64,000 nucleotides of DNA from Stegostoma tigrinum (lineage: Eukaryota), in the NCBI RefSeq assembly GCF_030684315.1, contig NC_081396.1, positions 2,914,001-2,978,000 on the forward strand, read 5' to 3'. Under the pieces are notes generated by a model that saw nothing but the letters and a program-made list of their open reading frames with translations, did no database searches and had not been told where the DNA came from. A program made the position numbers and the translations under genes. Positions 50,355-64,000 of this stretch are shown piece after piece. Positions within the stretch are counted from its first letter, which is position 1. Each line of letters starts with the position of its first letter.

Positions 50355-53300
50355 CAAGATGGATCAGAAACTAGCTTAGCAATAGGAAACAAGGCTGTTT
50401 GAGAGGCTGAAGGCCTGTGTCAATGGGTGCAACACAAGAGTCCGCAGTGACACCATAATTGTTTGTTACAGACATAAATTATGTAGATGAATATCTGGGG
50501 GCGGGGTCTGATGGCCAGAGCAGTGGCAGATGGTCTTTAGCCCAGGTAAGTACAAAGTGATACATTTTGGAAGAAGAAACAAGATGAGAGAGTAAATAAG
50601 AATAGCAGGATTCTGGGTAGATGAACAAAGGGATCTTTGGTTATTTATTCACAGATCTCTATAGTCAGCAGACAACATGATATGGTAGTTAAGAAAGCAT
50701 GTGGGATAAGTCGAGTCATAGAGTCACAGGGATGCAGACATTTCTGTCCGACTTGTCCATGCTGAAAAGTTATCCTAAATTAACCTATTTCCTTTTGCCA
50801 ACATTTGGCTCATGTCCTTGTAAATCCTTCCTATTCATGTACCCATTCAGATGCCTTCTAAATATTTGTACATGTACACTTCTTCTGGCAGCTCTTTCCA
50901 GACACACACTACCCACCGTATGAAAATGTTGCTCCTAATGTCCCTTTTAAATATTACCACTCTAACTTAAACCTATACCCCTAGGTTTAGACTCCCTTAC
51001 ACTAGAGAAAATACCTTGGCTGTTCACAATATCCATGTTCCTCGTGATTTTACAAACCTCTAAAGGTCATCCCTCAGCCTCCAACGCTCCAGGGAAAATA
51101 GTCCCAGCCTGTTCAGCCTCTCCCTGTAGCTCAAACTGCTTAACCCTGGCAGCATCGTTGTAAATCTTTTCTTAATCCTTTAAAATTGCACAACACCGTT
51201 CCTATCGCTGTGAACCCAGAATTGAATGCAGTATTCCAATAATGGCCTAGCCAATGTCCTGTACATCTGCAAGGTGACTTCCTAACTCCTGCGCTCCATG
51301 CACTGACCAATAAAGGGAAGCACACCAAACTCCTTTTGCACTACCATGCCTACTTGTGACTCCACTTTCCAGGAAATATGAACCTGCAGTCCAATATCTC
51401 CCTGTTCAGCAACACACCCATGACCTTACCATTAGGTGCACACATCCTGCTGCAGTTTGTCTTATCAAAACGCAACACCTCACATTTATCTAAATTAAAC
51501 TCCATCTTCCACTCCTCAGGCTATCTGATCAAGGACCCCTTGCACTTTGCCTGAAATACAAACCTCCACAACCACCCTCTGTATCCTATCATCGATCCAG
51601 TTCTGTATCCAAATGGCTAGTTCTCCCTGCATTCTATGTCATCTAGATGTATTAAGTAGTCTACCACATGGAAGCTTGTCAAAACATTACTGATGTCAAT
51701 ACAGATTGTGTCCACCACTCTTGCCTTCAACAATCCTCTTCATCACTTCTTAAAAAATCTCAAACAAGTTAAGGAGGCACGATTTCTCATGCACAAACCC
51801 ACGCTGACTATCAGTAATCAGTCCTTGCCTTTCCAAATGCACGTGCATCCTGTCCCTCAGGATTCCCTGTAACATCTTGTCCACCACCAATGTCAAGCTC
51901 ACTGGTCTACATCTCCCTGGTTTTTCCTCACCACCCTTCTTAAATAGTGGCACCATGTTCACCAGCCTCTAGTCTTCTGGCACTTCACCTGTGGCTTTCG
52001 ATTATGCAAATATCTCAGCAAGGGGCCCAGCAAGCACTTCCATAGCATCACACAAGATTCTGTGTTACATCTGATTAGGTCTAGTGGATATTTCCACCTT
52101 TAAGCATTTTAAAATGTCCAGCGCTTCCACCTCTGTTAGTTGGGCACTTACGTAGATATTGCGGTTTATTTCTTCAAGTTTTGTAGCTTCCATATTTTTC
52201 ACCACAGTAAACACTGATGCAAAATATTGGTTTGGTATCTCACTCGTCGCCTGTGGCTCCACACATAGGTGATCTTTCTGATTTTTAAGGCGCTCTATTT
52301 TCTCCATACTTTTTTTCCCCCCTTAATGCATTTGTAGAATCTCTTTCCATTCTCTTTAACCAGATTTGCCAAAGCTACCTTATGTCCCCTTTCTGCCCTC
52401 CTGATTTCCTTTGTGAGTATACTCCTACTGCCCTTATACTCTTCTAGAGATGTACTCAATCCGTGCTGGCTATACCTGAAATATGCTTCCTTCATTTTTT
52501 CGTACCCAGAACCCCAATTTCTCTAGTCTTCCAGCATCCACTGCACCTACTAGCTTTACCCTTCACTGTAACAAGAACATACTATATGTGGACTCGTGTA
52601 ATCTTGTTTTTGAAGGTTTTTCATTTCCAGCCACCCTTTTACCAGTGAATAACAACCCACAAATAACCTTCGAAAGCTTTGGTCTCCCTCCAATTTAGAC
52701 CTTTAACTTTTAGATCTGCTCTATCCTTTTTTCTGCCACGACTTAAAAACTGATAGGATTGTAGTAACTGGCCTCAAAGCACGCGCCCTCTGACACCCTA
52801 TTCACTTGTCCTGCCCATTTCACAGGAAAAGGTCAAGTTTTGTTCCTTCTCTAGCAGGCACATCCATATACTGAACAAAAAAAAAATCCTTGAACACATT
52901 TAACAAATTCCTTTCCATCCAAGGCATTTAAACTACAACAGTCCCTTTCTATGTCTGGGAAGTTAAAATCCCCTCCCATTGTCATCGAATTATTTGTACA
53001 GATAACCAAGATCTCCTTCCAAATTTGTTTCTCAATTTCCTGATGACTATTGGTCTATGCACTGTACGATTATAGTGCAATCCCAATAAGATGATCATTC
53101 CTTTGTTGCATTTCAGTTTCGCCCAAAATAACTTCACTGAACACACTCCCTAGAATATCATCTCTGAGTACAGCTGTAAAGTTAGACTTTATCAAAACCG
53201 TTGCCCATCTCCTCATCTGCACCTATCCTCTTGCCTTCCTTCCTGTACCATCCATATCCTGGAAAATTTCGCTGACAGTCCTATCCATCCCTGAGCCACT

Positions 53301-53945
53301 CTCTGTAATAGCTATGTTATCCTCGTCCCATGACTCCAAATATTTCCTCAGTTTACCCTTGTTTTCATCATGTGTGGCGTTTATATAAGAGAAAAAGATG
53401 CAATGTTTGGGTTGTTGGTCAGGCCGCAACTGGAGTACTATGTGTAGTTCTGATCGCCTCGCTACAGAAGGGCATAATAGCACTGGAGGGAACATACAGA
53501 AGGTTCAACAGGATGTTGCCTAGGATGGAGAAATTGGGAAATAAGGAGAGATTGAAGAGGGTTAGACTGTTTTCTTAGGACAGAGAAGATTGAAGGGTGA
53601 CATGACTGAAGTGTGGAAAATTACGAAAGGCATGGACAGGGTGAATAGAGATTATTTATTCCCCTTGGTTGAGTGATCAATCAGGATAGGGCAGTCACGA
53701 GAGAGTTTTAAGATAAGGGGCAGAAGATTCAGAGGGGATCTGGGGAAAAATCGCTCAGCAGCTGTTGAGAATCTGGAATGCACGGCCTTGGAAGATAATA
53801 GAGACCGGAAACATTACAACCTTTAAATATATTTGGAATAAAACTACAAATATCATAAAATTCAATGATCTGGGACAATTGCAGAAATTGGCATTAAAAC
53901 ACGTTTAGCGATAATTACGCCTATGCAGGTCTGTGCTGTATGAAT
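50355..53945. mobile_element. Nested CR1s: a + strand copy interrupted by a - strand copy (about 50715-53370)
   Basis: The + strand RT reads up to gttaagaaagcat (about 50700) and resumes at ggtcaggccgcaactggagta (about 53417). The intervening - strand CR1 encodes NMVPLFKKGG...RPVSLT. Confidence 0.75.
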
Positions 53946-55340
53946 CTATATAAATCTAAACTCTGCGTACTGTGATTACCCTAACTAATATTGGGATAGT
54001 TAAAATCTCCTCATAAAATGAATATTTTACACTGCTTAGTGAATTGACCACATTGCCATTTCACAATTGCCTGCTGATAGTTTGTGGGATTATAATACAC
54101 TCCAATCAGAGTTGCCACTATGTCTCTGTGATAGTAACAGTATCGCAGATCTCCCCCTTAACCCCGCCAGCTCATCTGACCCACCTCCATCATTTTTTTC
54201 TTGCATTAAAGTTGAGGCCATCCAGGATCGCCCTACTCTCTCGAGAAAAAAAAAACTGTTTCAAACTTTCCCGGATTTGTTGCTTTTCTACCTTATGCTG
54301 TTCAATGTTTAATTTATAGTCATTTATATTTAAATCCTTGAGTTTTCCCACCTAGAAGGAAACTGTAACAGGCTATGGTAAGATAGTAGCAGGCACGTTC
54401 TTCTCGCAGCATCATGCCTTAGATTTGCTAGCTGAAACTCAGTTTCGAAAAGGGTTATGCATGCAACATCGCGTGGATAAACCTAATGGGCGATTGAGTA
54501 GAGTTTACATCCAAACAACATATTTTATCACTATACTTTTGAAAAATAACCAACCATTGTAACTTTAAACGATTGTTGCTTAATTCTAACTGAAATTTCC
54601 AATGGCACGTCATGGAAAGACCAGATCGACTTTGGCGAAAACAAAACACAATTTATGTTAGCTTGCTAGCTTTTCTTGAGTTGCAGGCAGTAACACTTTT
54701 CTTTAATTTAGTGCAGTTTGACTTCATAAGGCCCAGTTAAGTGTTAACAGAAGTTGAAACTTTTGAAGATTTCCGAAGCTTCTCCTGCTCTGGAAAGTTA
54801 TCAATGGTAGAACATCTGATGTAATTGTAACCGTGTTAAGAGATTAACATGGGAATGAACGTATCAGTATTTAACTTACTGGTGGGTCATCCCTCGAGTA
54901 CCAAACTGACAGAAGCTGTTCTGGTACAAAGAGTTGCTGAATACTTCAAATGGAAGGAAAAATTGCAATTTCAAAGGTAACAACCAGCACCACAAAGTGA
55001 AATGTTCCGGCCGTGTTGATTGACAAACTGAGTAAGATCAGCTGAGAGTCAGCAGAAAGCATACTTTTGGTATAGAACCATTAAAATATGACACCCCTGT
55101 ATCATATTAAAACATAGCTCGCCTCGCCAACGTGCGTCTTCCTACTGACGTAATCTGAAATTACACTAAGAATATATTCATTGAGTAATATCCTCAGATG
55201 TTTCTATTAGCTTAAAATATCAATTACAAATGAAAGGCTCAATTTGACAATATACTAAAATGAATCTCAGAATCCCACGATTTTGACGCATTTTTAACTT
55301 GATGTAATATGTATAACCGTTAACTTCATAACGCTTACAA

Positions 55341-56155
55341 ATAGAACAGAGAACAAAGAACACGACAGCGCAGTACAGACCCTTCGGCCCTCGATGTTGC
55401 GCCGATCTGTGAAACCAAGCTGAAGCCCATCTAGCCTACACTGTTCCACTAATATCCACATGTTTATCCATTGACAATTTAAATGTCCGTAAACTTGGCG
55501 AGTCTACTCCTGCTGCAGGCACAGCATTCCACGCCCTTACTACTCTCTGAGTAAAGAACCTACCTCTGACGTCTGTCCTATATCTATCAGCCCTCAAATT
55601 AAAGCTATGTCCCCTCGTGCTAACCATCTCCACCCGAGGAAAAAGGCTGTCACTGTCCACCCTACCTAATCCTCTGATAATCTTGTATGTCTCTATACGG
55701 TCACCTCTCGACCTTCTTCTCTCTAACGAAAACAGCCTCAAGTACCTCAGCCTTTCCTCGTAAGACCTTCTCTCCATACAAGGCAACATCCTGGTAAATC
55801 TCCTCTGCACCTTTTCCAATGCTTCCACATCCTTTCCATAATGCAGCGACCAGAACTGTACACAATACTCCAGGTGCGGCCGCACCACAGTTTTGTACTG
55901 CTGCAACATGACCTCCTGGATCTGAAATTCAATCCCTCTATCAATAAAACCTAACACACCGTACGCCTTCTTAACGACCCTATCAACCTGGGTGGCAACC
56001 TTCAGGGATCTAGGCACATGGACACCAAGATCTCTCTGCTCATCCACACTATCAAGAATCTTACCCTTAGCCCAGTACTCTGTATTCCTGTTACTCCTTC
56101 CAAAGTGAATCACCCCACACTTTAAACTCCATTTGCCACCTCTCAGCCCATCTCT
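55341..56155 (-). mobile_element. Young 5'-truncated CR1 (same subfamily as 13.8-14.7 kb)
   Basis: ORF 55436-56233 contains DEQRDLGVHVPRSLKVATQVDRVVKKAY and RPHLEYCVQFWS. Confidence 0.92.
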
Positions 56156-58764
56156 ACATCTCCACAATATTGTATTATCATCGAATTCAATTTGATATGT
56201 AATTATTGATGCATTGGCGTTAAATAATGTCATTTGAAATGACAGCGATTCACGCCATCTAGTGACAAAGTACTGTTATTGTAATGACATATGTAACTCC
56301 GCACCAGGGAAGCCGTTCAGATTCTTTGGATTATTCCAACCTTCAATTCGAGCTGGATTGATGCGGTTACTACCTAAATTTACCACATAAGTTTGAAGCG
56401 CAATGGGCAGCAATTACAACAAAAAAGAAACCCCTGAAAGGCTCAGTGGGAGAAAACTAAGCGTCGCAGAAAACTATATTTTTTGGCAGTTAAAGACTTG
56501 TACAATTTTCTTTTTGATAATCCTTGCACATTTCTTATCAAAATGCCTTCACTCGAAGACAACGCTGCTGAACCAACTGAAATAATGCAACGCAAATTAT
56601 CTTCCAGATCATTGGCCAGCATAACCAAGTCAATTAAATATTCACGAAAACGTTGGCATTTTAACCATTCTCTAAGATGCTGTTAATTTTTTTAAACCTT
56701 TGCACAGTCTTGTAAAGTTTGGAAAGTAATCCATCAAGTTAAATGGAGCTCCGATGTCAAAACTTGAATCCAGTGTTTTAAGGCAGAAGATCACAGCCGT
56801 TTGACAGAAATAACGGGCATCCTAAGCTCAAAACGTCCATTGTGTCTGCTTCAGATCCGATCACTATTCTGCACAACTAAAGGACTCCTGCCCTTGCAAA
56901 CTTTAATTCCCTGGTTTGAAGTTGATTACTTTGTCTGTCTTCTCATTACTGTTCCTTCCCATTTTAAAAACAAATTGTATCTGCATATTGGTCCTACTCT
57001 AGCAATTTAAGAAAATTCAACCTTTGCCTTCTCTCATCCACTGGAGTTACCAGCTTTTTTTGTCATTGTTGATTACATCTGTTAAACATTTGCACACTCC
57101 CAATATTTGTGTTTACATTTTCTAATCATTAAACTGGCTAAAACATATCAGACTAATGGCTCAATTATTTAACTTTTTTTAAAAAATGGCACTGCAACAT
57201 GCTTAGTTTATGCAGTGAATAGACATGAATGTGTGCTCGAGGTCTAATGCCCCAACCTAATTCTGATAAATTACCGCCGCTTCCGAAACTCCTCTTTGCA
57301 TATAATGTCTTTCTTGTCCTTACCTTGGATTTTCCAAATTGCTCAACGCTCGAACTGATTTCAGGTCTTGTCGCATGTCAGCTACTGCATTCCTACTGTG
57401 GCTTGCAACTCCCACCGTCAAATCAATTCCGTTTATTTTCTGGATTCTTCTAAATTTACTGGAGAAGAGTGTAATTGATTGGTCAACATGCTCAACAAAT
57501 GTTTCATTAAGTGGTGACATCTCACAGATATCCTTTCTGCTCCCTGGCCGTCCTTTCGCAGAGGAGTTGTGTGACTACACTTGCTGTATCATTACCATAT
57601 CCTCTGCATGTGGGGTGGAAAGCGATGATGATTGTCCTCGGCTGGCATCTTCAAGAGCCTACCTGAATTAACGTTGTTTCATTATTAAACGTCACTCAAT
57701 CAAACAGAACAAAATTGCAACAAGTTAATCTGTCCTTCATGTTAATATATCTGAACACGCAGCTCGATTGTTAAAATGAGGGATTATTTTCTCTCGGCTA
57801 TGGAGCAAACGTCCTATGGGAAGAGAATGGTAATCTTTAGCCTGTGGTGTGAGTGAGTTAGTGTTGCTTTTGCTTCCGTCTGTTTCCTGATTTCTTATCT
57901 TAGTGGAAACAAACGAATCACAATGGAAACAACTGGCTGATAATTTCTCAATGTTTTCCAACAAACATGTAAAACACTTCAGTCAGGAGTAATGACAGAT
58001 CAGGTGTAATGACAGCGGCTTTTGACATCTGGGAACACAGGCATCGCTACATGCTAACATAAATTCGCATAAATTTAAGTCAATCAAATTCCCTAGCTTC
58101 TCCCCTGTTACCTCTAAAATCCCATCACTATTTTTCGCATTGTTGGTAGTGGTTCTAATTTTCACTCATTCATGAGAATGAAGCCGATTTTCATTCTTAC
58201 ACTCGGTGGACAAACCATTCCCCTGGTGTTGCACAGAATGGACAGTAGAAACTGTTAGCCATAGCCTTAGCCTTAGCCATCAAGTCCAATCTTGCCATGA
58301 ACGTCACTAGGCTAGCATTCCTGAATGCTGTAATCTCCTTTTATTGGGAGCCATCAAAACCTCTTCAAAATTTTCCATGGATTTCGCAATTAAGCACACA
58401 GAACCTAGTTTAAATGGTACTCACTAAATCCTCTGCAACAAACGTGAGAGAAGTCTCAACATTTACTTAATCGGTAGAAAGTACAGATGGTGAAAAAAGG
58501 CAAGATATGATACTTATGCTTCCTTGAAATTAGATTTTTCCTCATACACAATTATGAATTCTCCATCCCAGAGACCATCAGGAGCAGGTGCAAATATTAC
58601 TCCTTTTCACTTGTTTTCAAAACGTTAACACTCTCAATGAGTCACCTGTAAACCTTTTAAATTACGAAGAATGCAAGCACAATTTATATGCTTGCTGCGC
58701 AAAACCTAATGATTGGCGCCAAAGTAAGGTTCTGGTAACTCCATACAGCTTTAGAGAGGCGGGG

Positions 58765-58875
58765 ATGGACGGAGGGGGTGAGGCGGGAGGGACAGAGGGA
58801 GGGAAGGAGAGAGACAAAGTGAGAGAGAGAGACAGAAACTGGAAGGAAAACAGAGACACACAGAGAGAGAAAGAG
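58765..58875 (+). repeat. GA-rich low-complexity / microsatellite tract
   Basis: gagggagggaaggagagagacaaagtgagagagagagacag... Confidence 0.7.
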
Positions 58876-58891
58876 GCCTTATGATGCAGCA

Positions 58892-59116
58892 GGAGTTTAC
58901 ACATTCTCCCTGTGTCTGCGTGGGTTTCCTCCAGATGCTCCAGTTTGTTCCCAATAAATTATGCAGGTTGAGTGGATCGGTCATGCTAAATTGCCACGAG
59001 GAATGCAGGATGGCAGGTGTCGTAAAGTGGAGAGATTCTGGGTGGAATGCACTTCGGAGGGGCAATGTGAACAGGATGGGCAAAATGGCCTTCTTCCACA
59101 CTGTAGGAATTGTCTA
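58892..59116 (+). mobile_element. HE1 SINE lacking its tRNA head
   Basis: ggagtttacacattctccctgtgtctgcgtgggtttcctcc...ttccacactgtagga. Confidence 0.8.
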
Positions 59117-59149
59117 TATTTTTTAAAAAAGTACGAATAAACTCAAACA

Positions 59150-62100
59150 GTAGAAATAAAGGGGACCAAAGCATTTAATGCACATATGAGTTGCGAGATT
59201 GCAGATAGGGAAAGGATAGATCCACTCAAGGCTAAAGGACGGAATTTATGCCTGGATCTTGACGAAGTGGATAAAGTCCTTAATGAGGTCTACTTGTCTG
59301 GTATTCACCAATGAGAAGAGCATGAACTATATTAAGATAAGGGACAGATATGTTGATATACTGCAGCATGTCAATATTAGGAAGGGAGAGATGTAGGGTT
59401 TCTTGAAAAATATTCAGATATATAAGATTCAGGGCCTGTTGGAATCTGTCCCAGCTTTTTGAAGGTTGACAAGGAAGGAGCTTCTGAGGCTTTTGCAGTG
59501 ATTTTTAGCTATTGTCCAATCTTCTGGGAATGGTGTGTTGTTCTTTTAATTTAAGAAGAGCAATGGAGACAATCCAAGAAATAATAGGCCAGTAAGATTT
59601 ACAACGGTGAAAGGAACATAATTGGAGAGATTCCTAACGGCAGGATTTGCTCACATTTATAAAAGAATGGCTACACAATTGGGTAGAGTTGGGTGACTAA
59701 CAAGAAGATCATTAAGCATGGATGCACAGTGCACAAGTCCTGTATGATCTTTCTATGATCTTTCTCTCAAAGGAGTTTGGATACTATTGGGGAGGTGGTC
59801 TGTCAGGGGAAAGCAGTATTGTAGGTATTACAGTGACATGGTTGAGAGAGGGACAATACTGGCAGCTCGACATTCCTGGATTTAAAATGTTTCCACGGAG
59901 ATACAGAGAGAAGTAAAAGAGATGGGGGGGGGGGGGGGCGCTGTATTACTGATAATAGAGAATATCACAACTGCTCTGAAGAAGAACACATTCGAGGGCT
60001 CTTCTAGTGAGGCCATATGAGTAAAACTCAGGAGGCAATGAGGACTACAGATGCTGCAGGCTAGAGTCTATAAGTGTGAGGCTGGGAAAGCAAAGCATGC
60101 AAAACTCAGGAATAGGAAGGTTGCAATCACTTTGAAGTGATTGTACTGAAGGCCTCCCATTAGCCAGGGGATGATAGAAGAACACATGTGTCCAGATCAT
60201 TGAGGAAGGTAAAAGACCATAGTTGTTGAGATGAGCGACTGGATTTGAAAAGAATGGGGTTGTGGGTGAATTTGTTATCTGTGCCCAACGCGGTGTTTTG
60301 CAAATAGCCCAACAAGGGAAGAGGTCATACTAAACTTGATATTGGAAAATGAGCCCAGGCAGGTGATCAAACATTCAGTTTGGGAGCATTTCCAGAACAG
60401 TGACTTTTTAAAAAGTTTTAATTTATTTATTATTGACAAAGATAGGAGTAATCCTAGGTTAAAAGTGCTAAATTGGGGGAAGGTTAACGACCACAAGATC
60501 AGGTAGGAATTAGAGAATATAAACTGGAGGCCATCTTTTGAGGGTAAATCCACATCTGGTATGTGGATATATGTAAAGGCCAATTCATTAGGCTTCAGGG
60601 CCAGCATGTTCCTGTAAAAGTGAAGGATAAGAATGGCAAGATTCAGGAGCCTTGGATGAGAAGGCAACTTATGGGTTTAGGCAAAAAGAAAAAGGAGGAG
60701 TATGTAAGGTCTAGGAAACTGCAGACACATAGAGCCCTGAAGTAATACAATACAGCTGGAAAGAAATCAAACAGTCAATTAGGAGAGCTGAAAGGGGCTA
60801 TGCAATAGGCAAACGTGAGTAAGGAAAATCCCAAGAAGTTTTATACCTGCATAAGGAACAAACGAGTTGTTAGTGAAAATGCAAGTCTACTCAACGACAA
60901 AGGAGACAATTTATGCACAGAGCTGGAGGAAATCCGGGATGTTCATAATGAACATTTTGCATTGCTACTCATAAGAGAAGAACAGAGTGAAAGGCGAGTA
61001 TCAGGAAGAGTATGTTGATGTTCTAGTGTACATCAGTGTAAAAAAAGGTGTTCGGTGTCTTGAAAAACATTAAGTCCCTAGGATCTAATGGGATTGACCC
61101 CAGAATGCTGAGAGAGGCAAATTCCTAAATGCCAGGACCGTATATGAAGCCTTTGCATCATATTTAGCCACTGGAGAGATGTAACCTTTGCTTAAGAAGG
61201 TTAAGAAGGATAACATAGGCTGGTGAGACATTCAACAGATCCAGAGAATTTATTGGAGAAAATTGAAGATAGGACTTATACTTAAAAATGATGGACTTAT
61301 TAGGGATAGGCTGCGTGATTTTATGCAGGGAATGTCATGTTGCAAACTTGACTGAGTTTATTTGAGAGAGTCTTGATGGACATTTATGAGGGCAATGTGT
61401 TAGATGTTGTCTGCATGGACTTTACCAAAGTCTTTAGCAAGGTTCCATCCAGTTGGCTGATGTAACAGGCAGTCACATGGATTCACAGTGAGCTTGTAAG
61501 ATGAATACAGAACTGTCTTAATCATACGAGAGAGAATAGTGTTGGGAGGACTTTTTTGAGTACAGATCTATGGCCAGTGGTGTTCTACACGAATTAGTAT
61601 TGGAACACCTGTTGTTTCTTTTATGTATCCATGTACGAATGATTTGGATGCGAATGTGCGTGGCCCGATTAATAAGCTTGCAGATGAAACAAAGTTTGGA
61701 GGTTAGTGAGGAGGATTGCCAAGGAAAACTGCAGGATAAAGGTAGGCTAGAAACTTGGGTGGAGAAATGGCAAGTGGAATTTAATCTGAGCAACTGGGAG
61801 ACGATGCATTTTGTAAGGTCAAATGTAGGAGACAAGTAGGCAGTAAATGGCAGAATCTTTTGTAGAGAGACCTGAGTGTACAGGTCAACTGTTCCCTGAA
61901 AGTCGAAACACAAGTGGATAAGCTGGTTAAGAAGACATAAAATTTATGCTTGCCTTCATTTGTCAGGGCATAAAGCATGAAAGTTGTACAGAGTTTTAGT
62001 TAGGCCACATTTGGAACACCGTGCACAGTTCTGCGCATCATGCTACCAGAAGAATGTGGAGGCATTGGGGTGGATACAGAAATATTTTACTAGCATGTTG

Positions 62101-63785
62101 CCTGGTTTGTAGAATATTAGCTATCAGGAGAGGTTGAACAAATGTGACTTGTTTTCACTTGAATGTTGAAGGGTGAGAAGCGACCTGAAAAAAAAGTTTG
62201 CAAAATACATAGAAGCATGGCTTGCCAGTGGTCCATCCACCCCCCTCTCTGCCATTCCATAACTGCACCTAGTAGAACTATCAATTCCTATCGGCGGGGG
62301 CTGAAGGTTTAACTTGAAAAGGGTAAGTTTAAAGGAGTTGTGAGAGGTAGATTTGTCACAAGGATGGTCGTAGGTGCTTGGCATACGCTGTTACAGGAGT
62401 TGGTGGAGGTAGCCAGTAGCAACATTTAAGAGGCATCTTGACAGACACACAAATACAGGGATACAGGCTATGTAGGGGGAAAGTGTCCCTAATTCATGTG
62501 CTGGCATTGTCTTAGTGGGCCACAGAGCCTGATCTGATACTTTCTTTTTTGATCTTATGGATTTGCTATAAGCATGGAATTGTGTCTGTGAGCTCATGAC
62601 TCCCAAAATTGATACTGTTTGTTTTTCAAGAAGTAATGAAGATGAGTCCTGTGAATCAGGCAGTGCACATCGCCTGCATGGACTTTACTAAAGCGTTCAA
62701 CAAGGTACTATGGTCCACAAGATTAAGTCACACGGGATCCACAGTGAGTGGCAAATTGGATTGAAAATGAGGTTTGTCATAGAAAACACGTGGTAATTGT
62801 GGATGAGTGTTTACCAGATAGGAAATCTGTGACCAATGGTGTTCCGCAATGGTGCTAGGACGTCTGTTGTTTGTAATGCATATAAATTAGTTGTGTAAAG
62901 ATATAGGTAGTCTGATCAGTAAATCTGCAGACGACATGGATAGGATGGAAAGTTATCAAAGATGCAGCAAGATATGGATGAGTTGGAAATTTGGGTGGAA
63001 AATTGCAGTTGGGTTTAATTGGGACAAATGTGAGGTGGTGCATTTTATTAGGGCAAATATAAGAGGAAAGTACATTGTCAATGGCATTTTTGAAGCTCTC
63101 TGACATCAAGGTCTTGGGTTGCAAGTCAATAGCTCGCTGAAAGTGGCAACACAGTGGATAAAATGAAAACGAAGGCACGCAGTGTGCTTCCCTTCATCAG
63201 TCAGGGCATTGACTGTGGAAGTTGAAAGGTCATGTTCCAGCTGCGTACGACTTTATTAAGGCTACAATTGGAGCATTTTGTGCAGTTCTCATCATCATAC
63301 GACAGGAATGATCTGGACGATTTGGAGGCGGTGAAAAAGGGTTTGCCAGGATGTTTCCTTATTGGAGTGGATTAGCTGTAAGGAGTTTTGGACAACGTTG
63401 GATTGATTTTACTCAAGCATCGGAGGCTAGGGTGCCACTTGACAGCTGTATACTAAAATTATGGATACTGGATAGTCGGAGTCTTTTCCTGGGACGAAAA
63501 TGTCAGCAACTAGGGGTTATATGGTTAGGGTTTAAGGGACAAAAGTTTAAAGGAGGTGTGCGATAATTATTTTTAATTATAAAAATGGTAGATACCTGGA
63601 ACATTCTGCTACAGGAGGTGGTAGAAGCAGATACCACAGCAATATTTAAGGGGCACTTAGACAGGTAGAATATAGAAAAAATATAGATCATACTTGGGCA
63701 AATGGAATTAATTTATAATCGCATCATGATCAGCATTGTCATGGAGGCCGATTGGCTTGCTCTTGTGTTGCAGTGTTCTATGTTC
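59150..63785 (+). mobile_element. Run of decayed CR1 fragments
   Basis: Endonuclease (VGITVTWL...LDIPGF), KENPKKFY and repeated RT/3' segments (WQVEFN, KCEVVHF). Tail near 63770. Confidence 0.8.
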
Positions 63786-64000
63786 CAGTAGAGCTCATTT
63801 GTGAATGATACAGGGATTCAGCTTTAAGTTAGATGTATAGCTTTAGTGCAGGAATATTTCACACCTGCAAGTTTGAATGGTGCAGAGTGATAATTTTGGG
63901 AAAGCACGGAGCCATGAAAATTGAGCACAGTACATTACTGTGTCTCGTGTTGGGACATGATTTGGCGCTGGGTTTTGTGTAATGTCATCTGCAATTAATA

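Noticed and set aside
59923-59938. Poly-G run
   Set aside because: Homopolymer expansion inside a decayed CR1, with no evidence of function.

Overview
Cartilaginous-fish (shark) genomic DNA, identified by HE1 and Deu-type SINEs, CR1, Rex1 and Penelope-like repeats. It holds one complete, apparently intact IgNAR (heavy-chain-only antibody) cluster on the + strand. The order is: octamer/TATA promoter, leader exon (16005-16047), V exon (16187-16475), J (16855-16904), C1-C5 with secretory tailpiece (25700-34359), TM1 (39622-39776) and a probable TM2 (43698-43706). All splice phases are consistent and I found no stop or frameshift. The cluster is unusual. It has no free D segments: V carries about 29 nt of D-like CDR3 sequence followed directly by a 12-RSS that faces the 23-RSS of J, so it looks germline pre-joined (V-D) and needs only one RAG recombination. 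An untrimmed join is in frame and gives the CDR3 KAQADAWYGGCVNSYCYY, with a C-x4-C pair supplied half by V and half by J, on a framework with a short, Cys-free CDR1. Other oddities are a GC instead of GT at the C5 membrane splice donor, a divergent TM segment and cytoplasmic tail, a 90-bp near-perfect palindrome next to the promoter, and an octamer cluster in the J-C intron. The rest of the window is mostly decayed retroelements, whose boundaries are approximate. Family assignments and reference IgNAR sequences are from memory, not from a database search.
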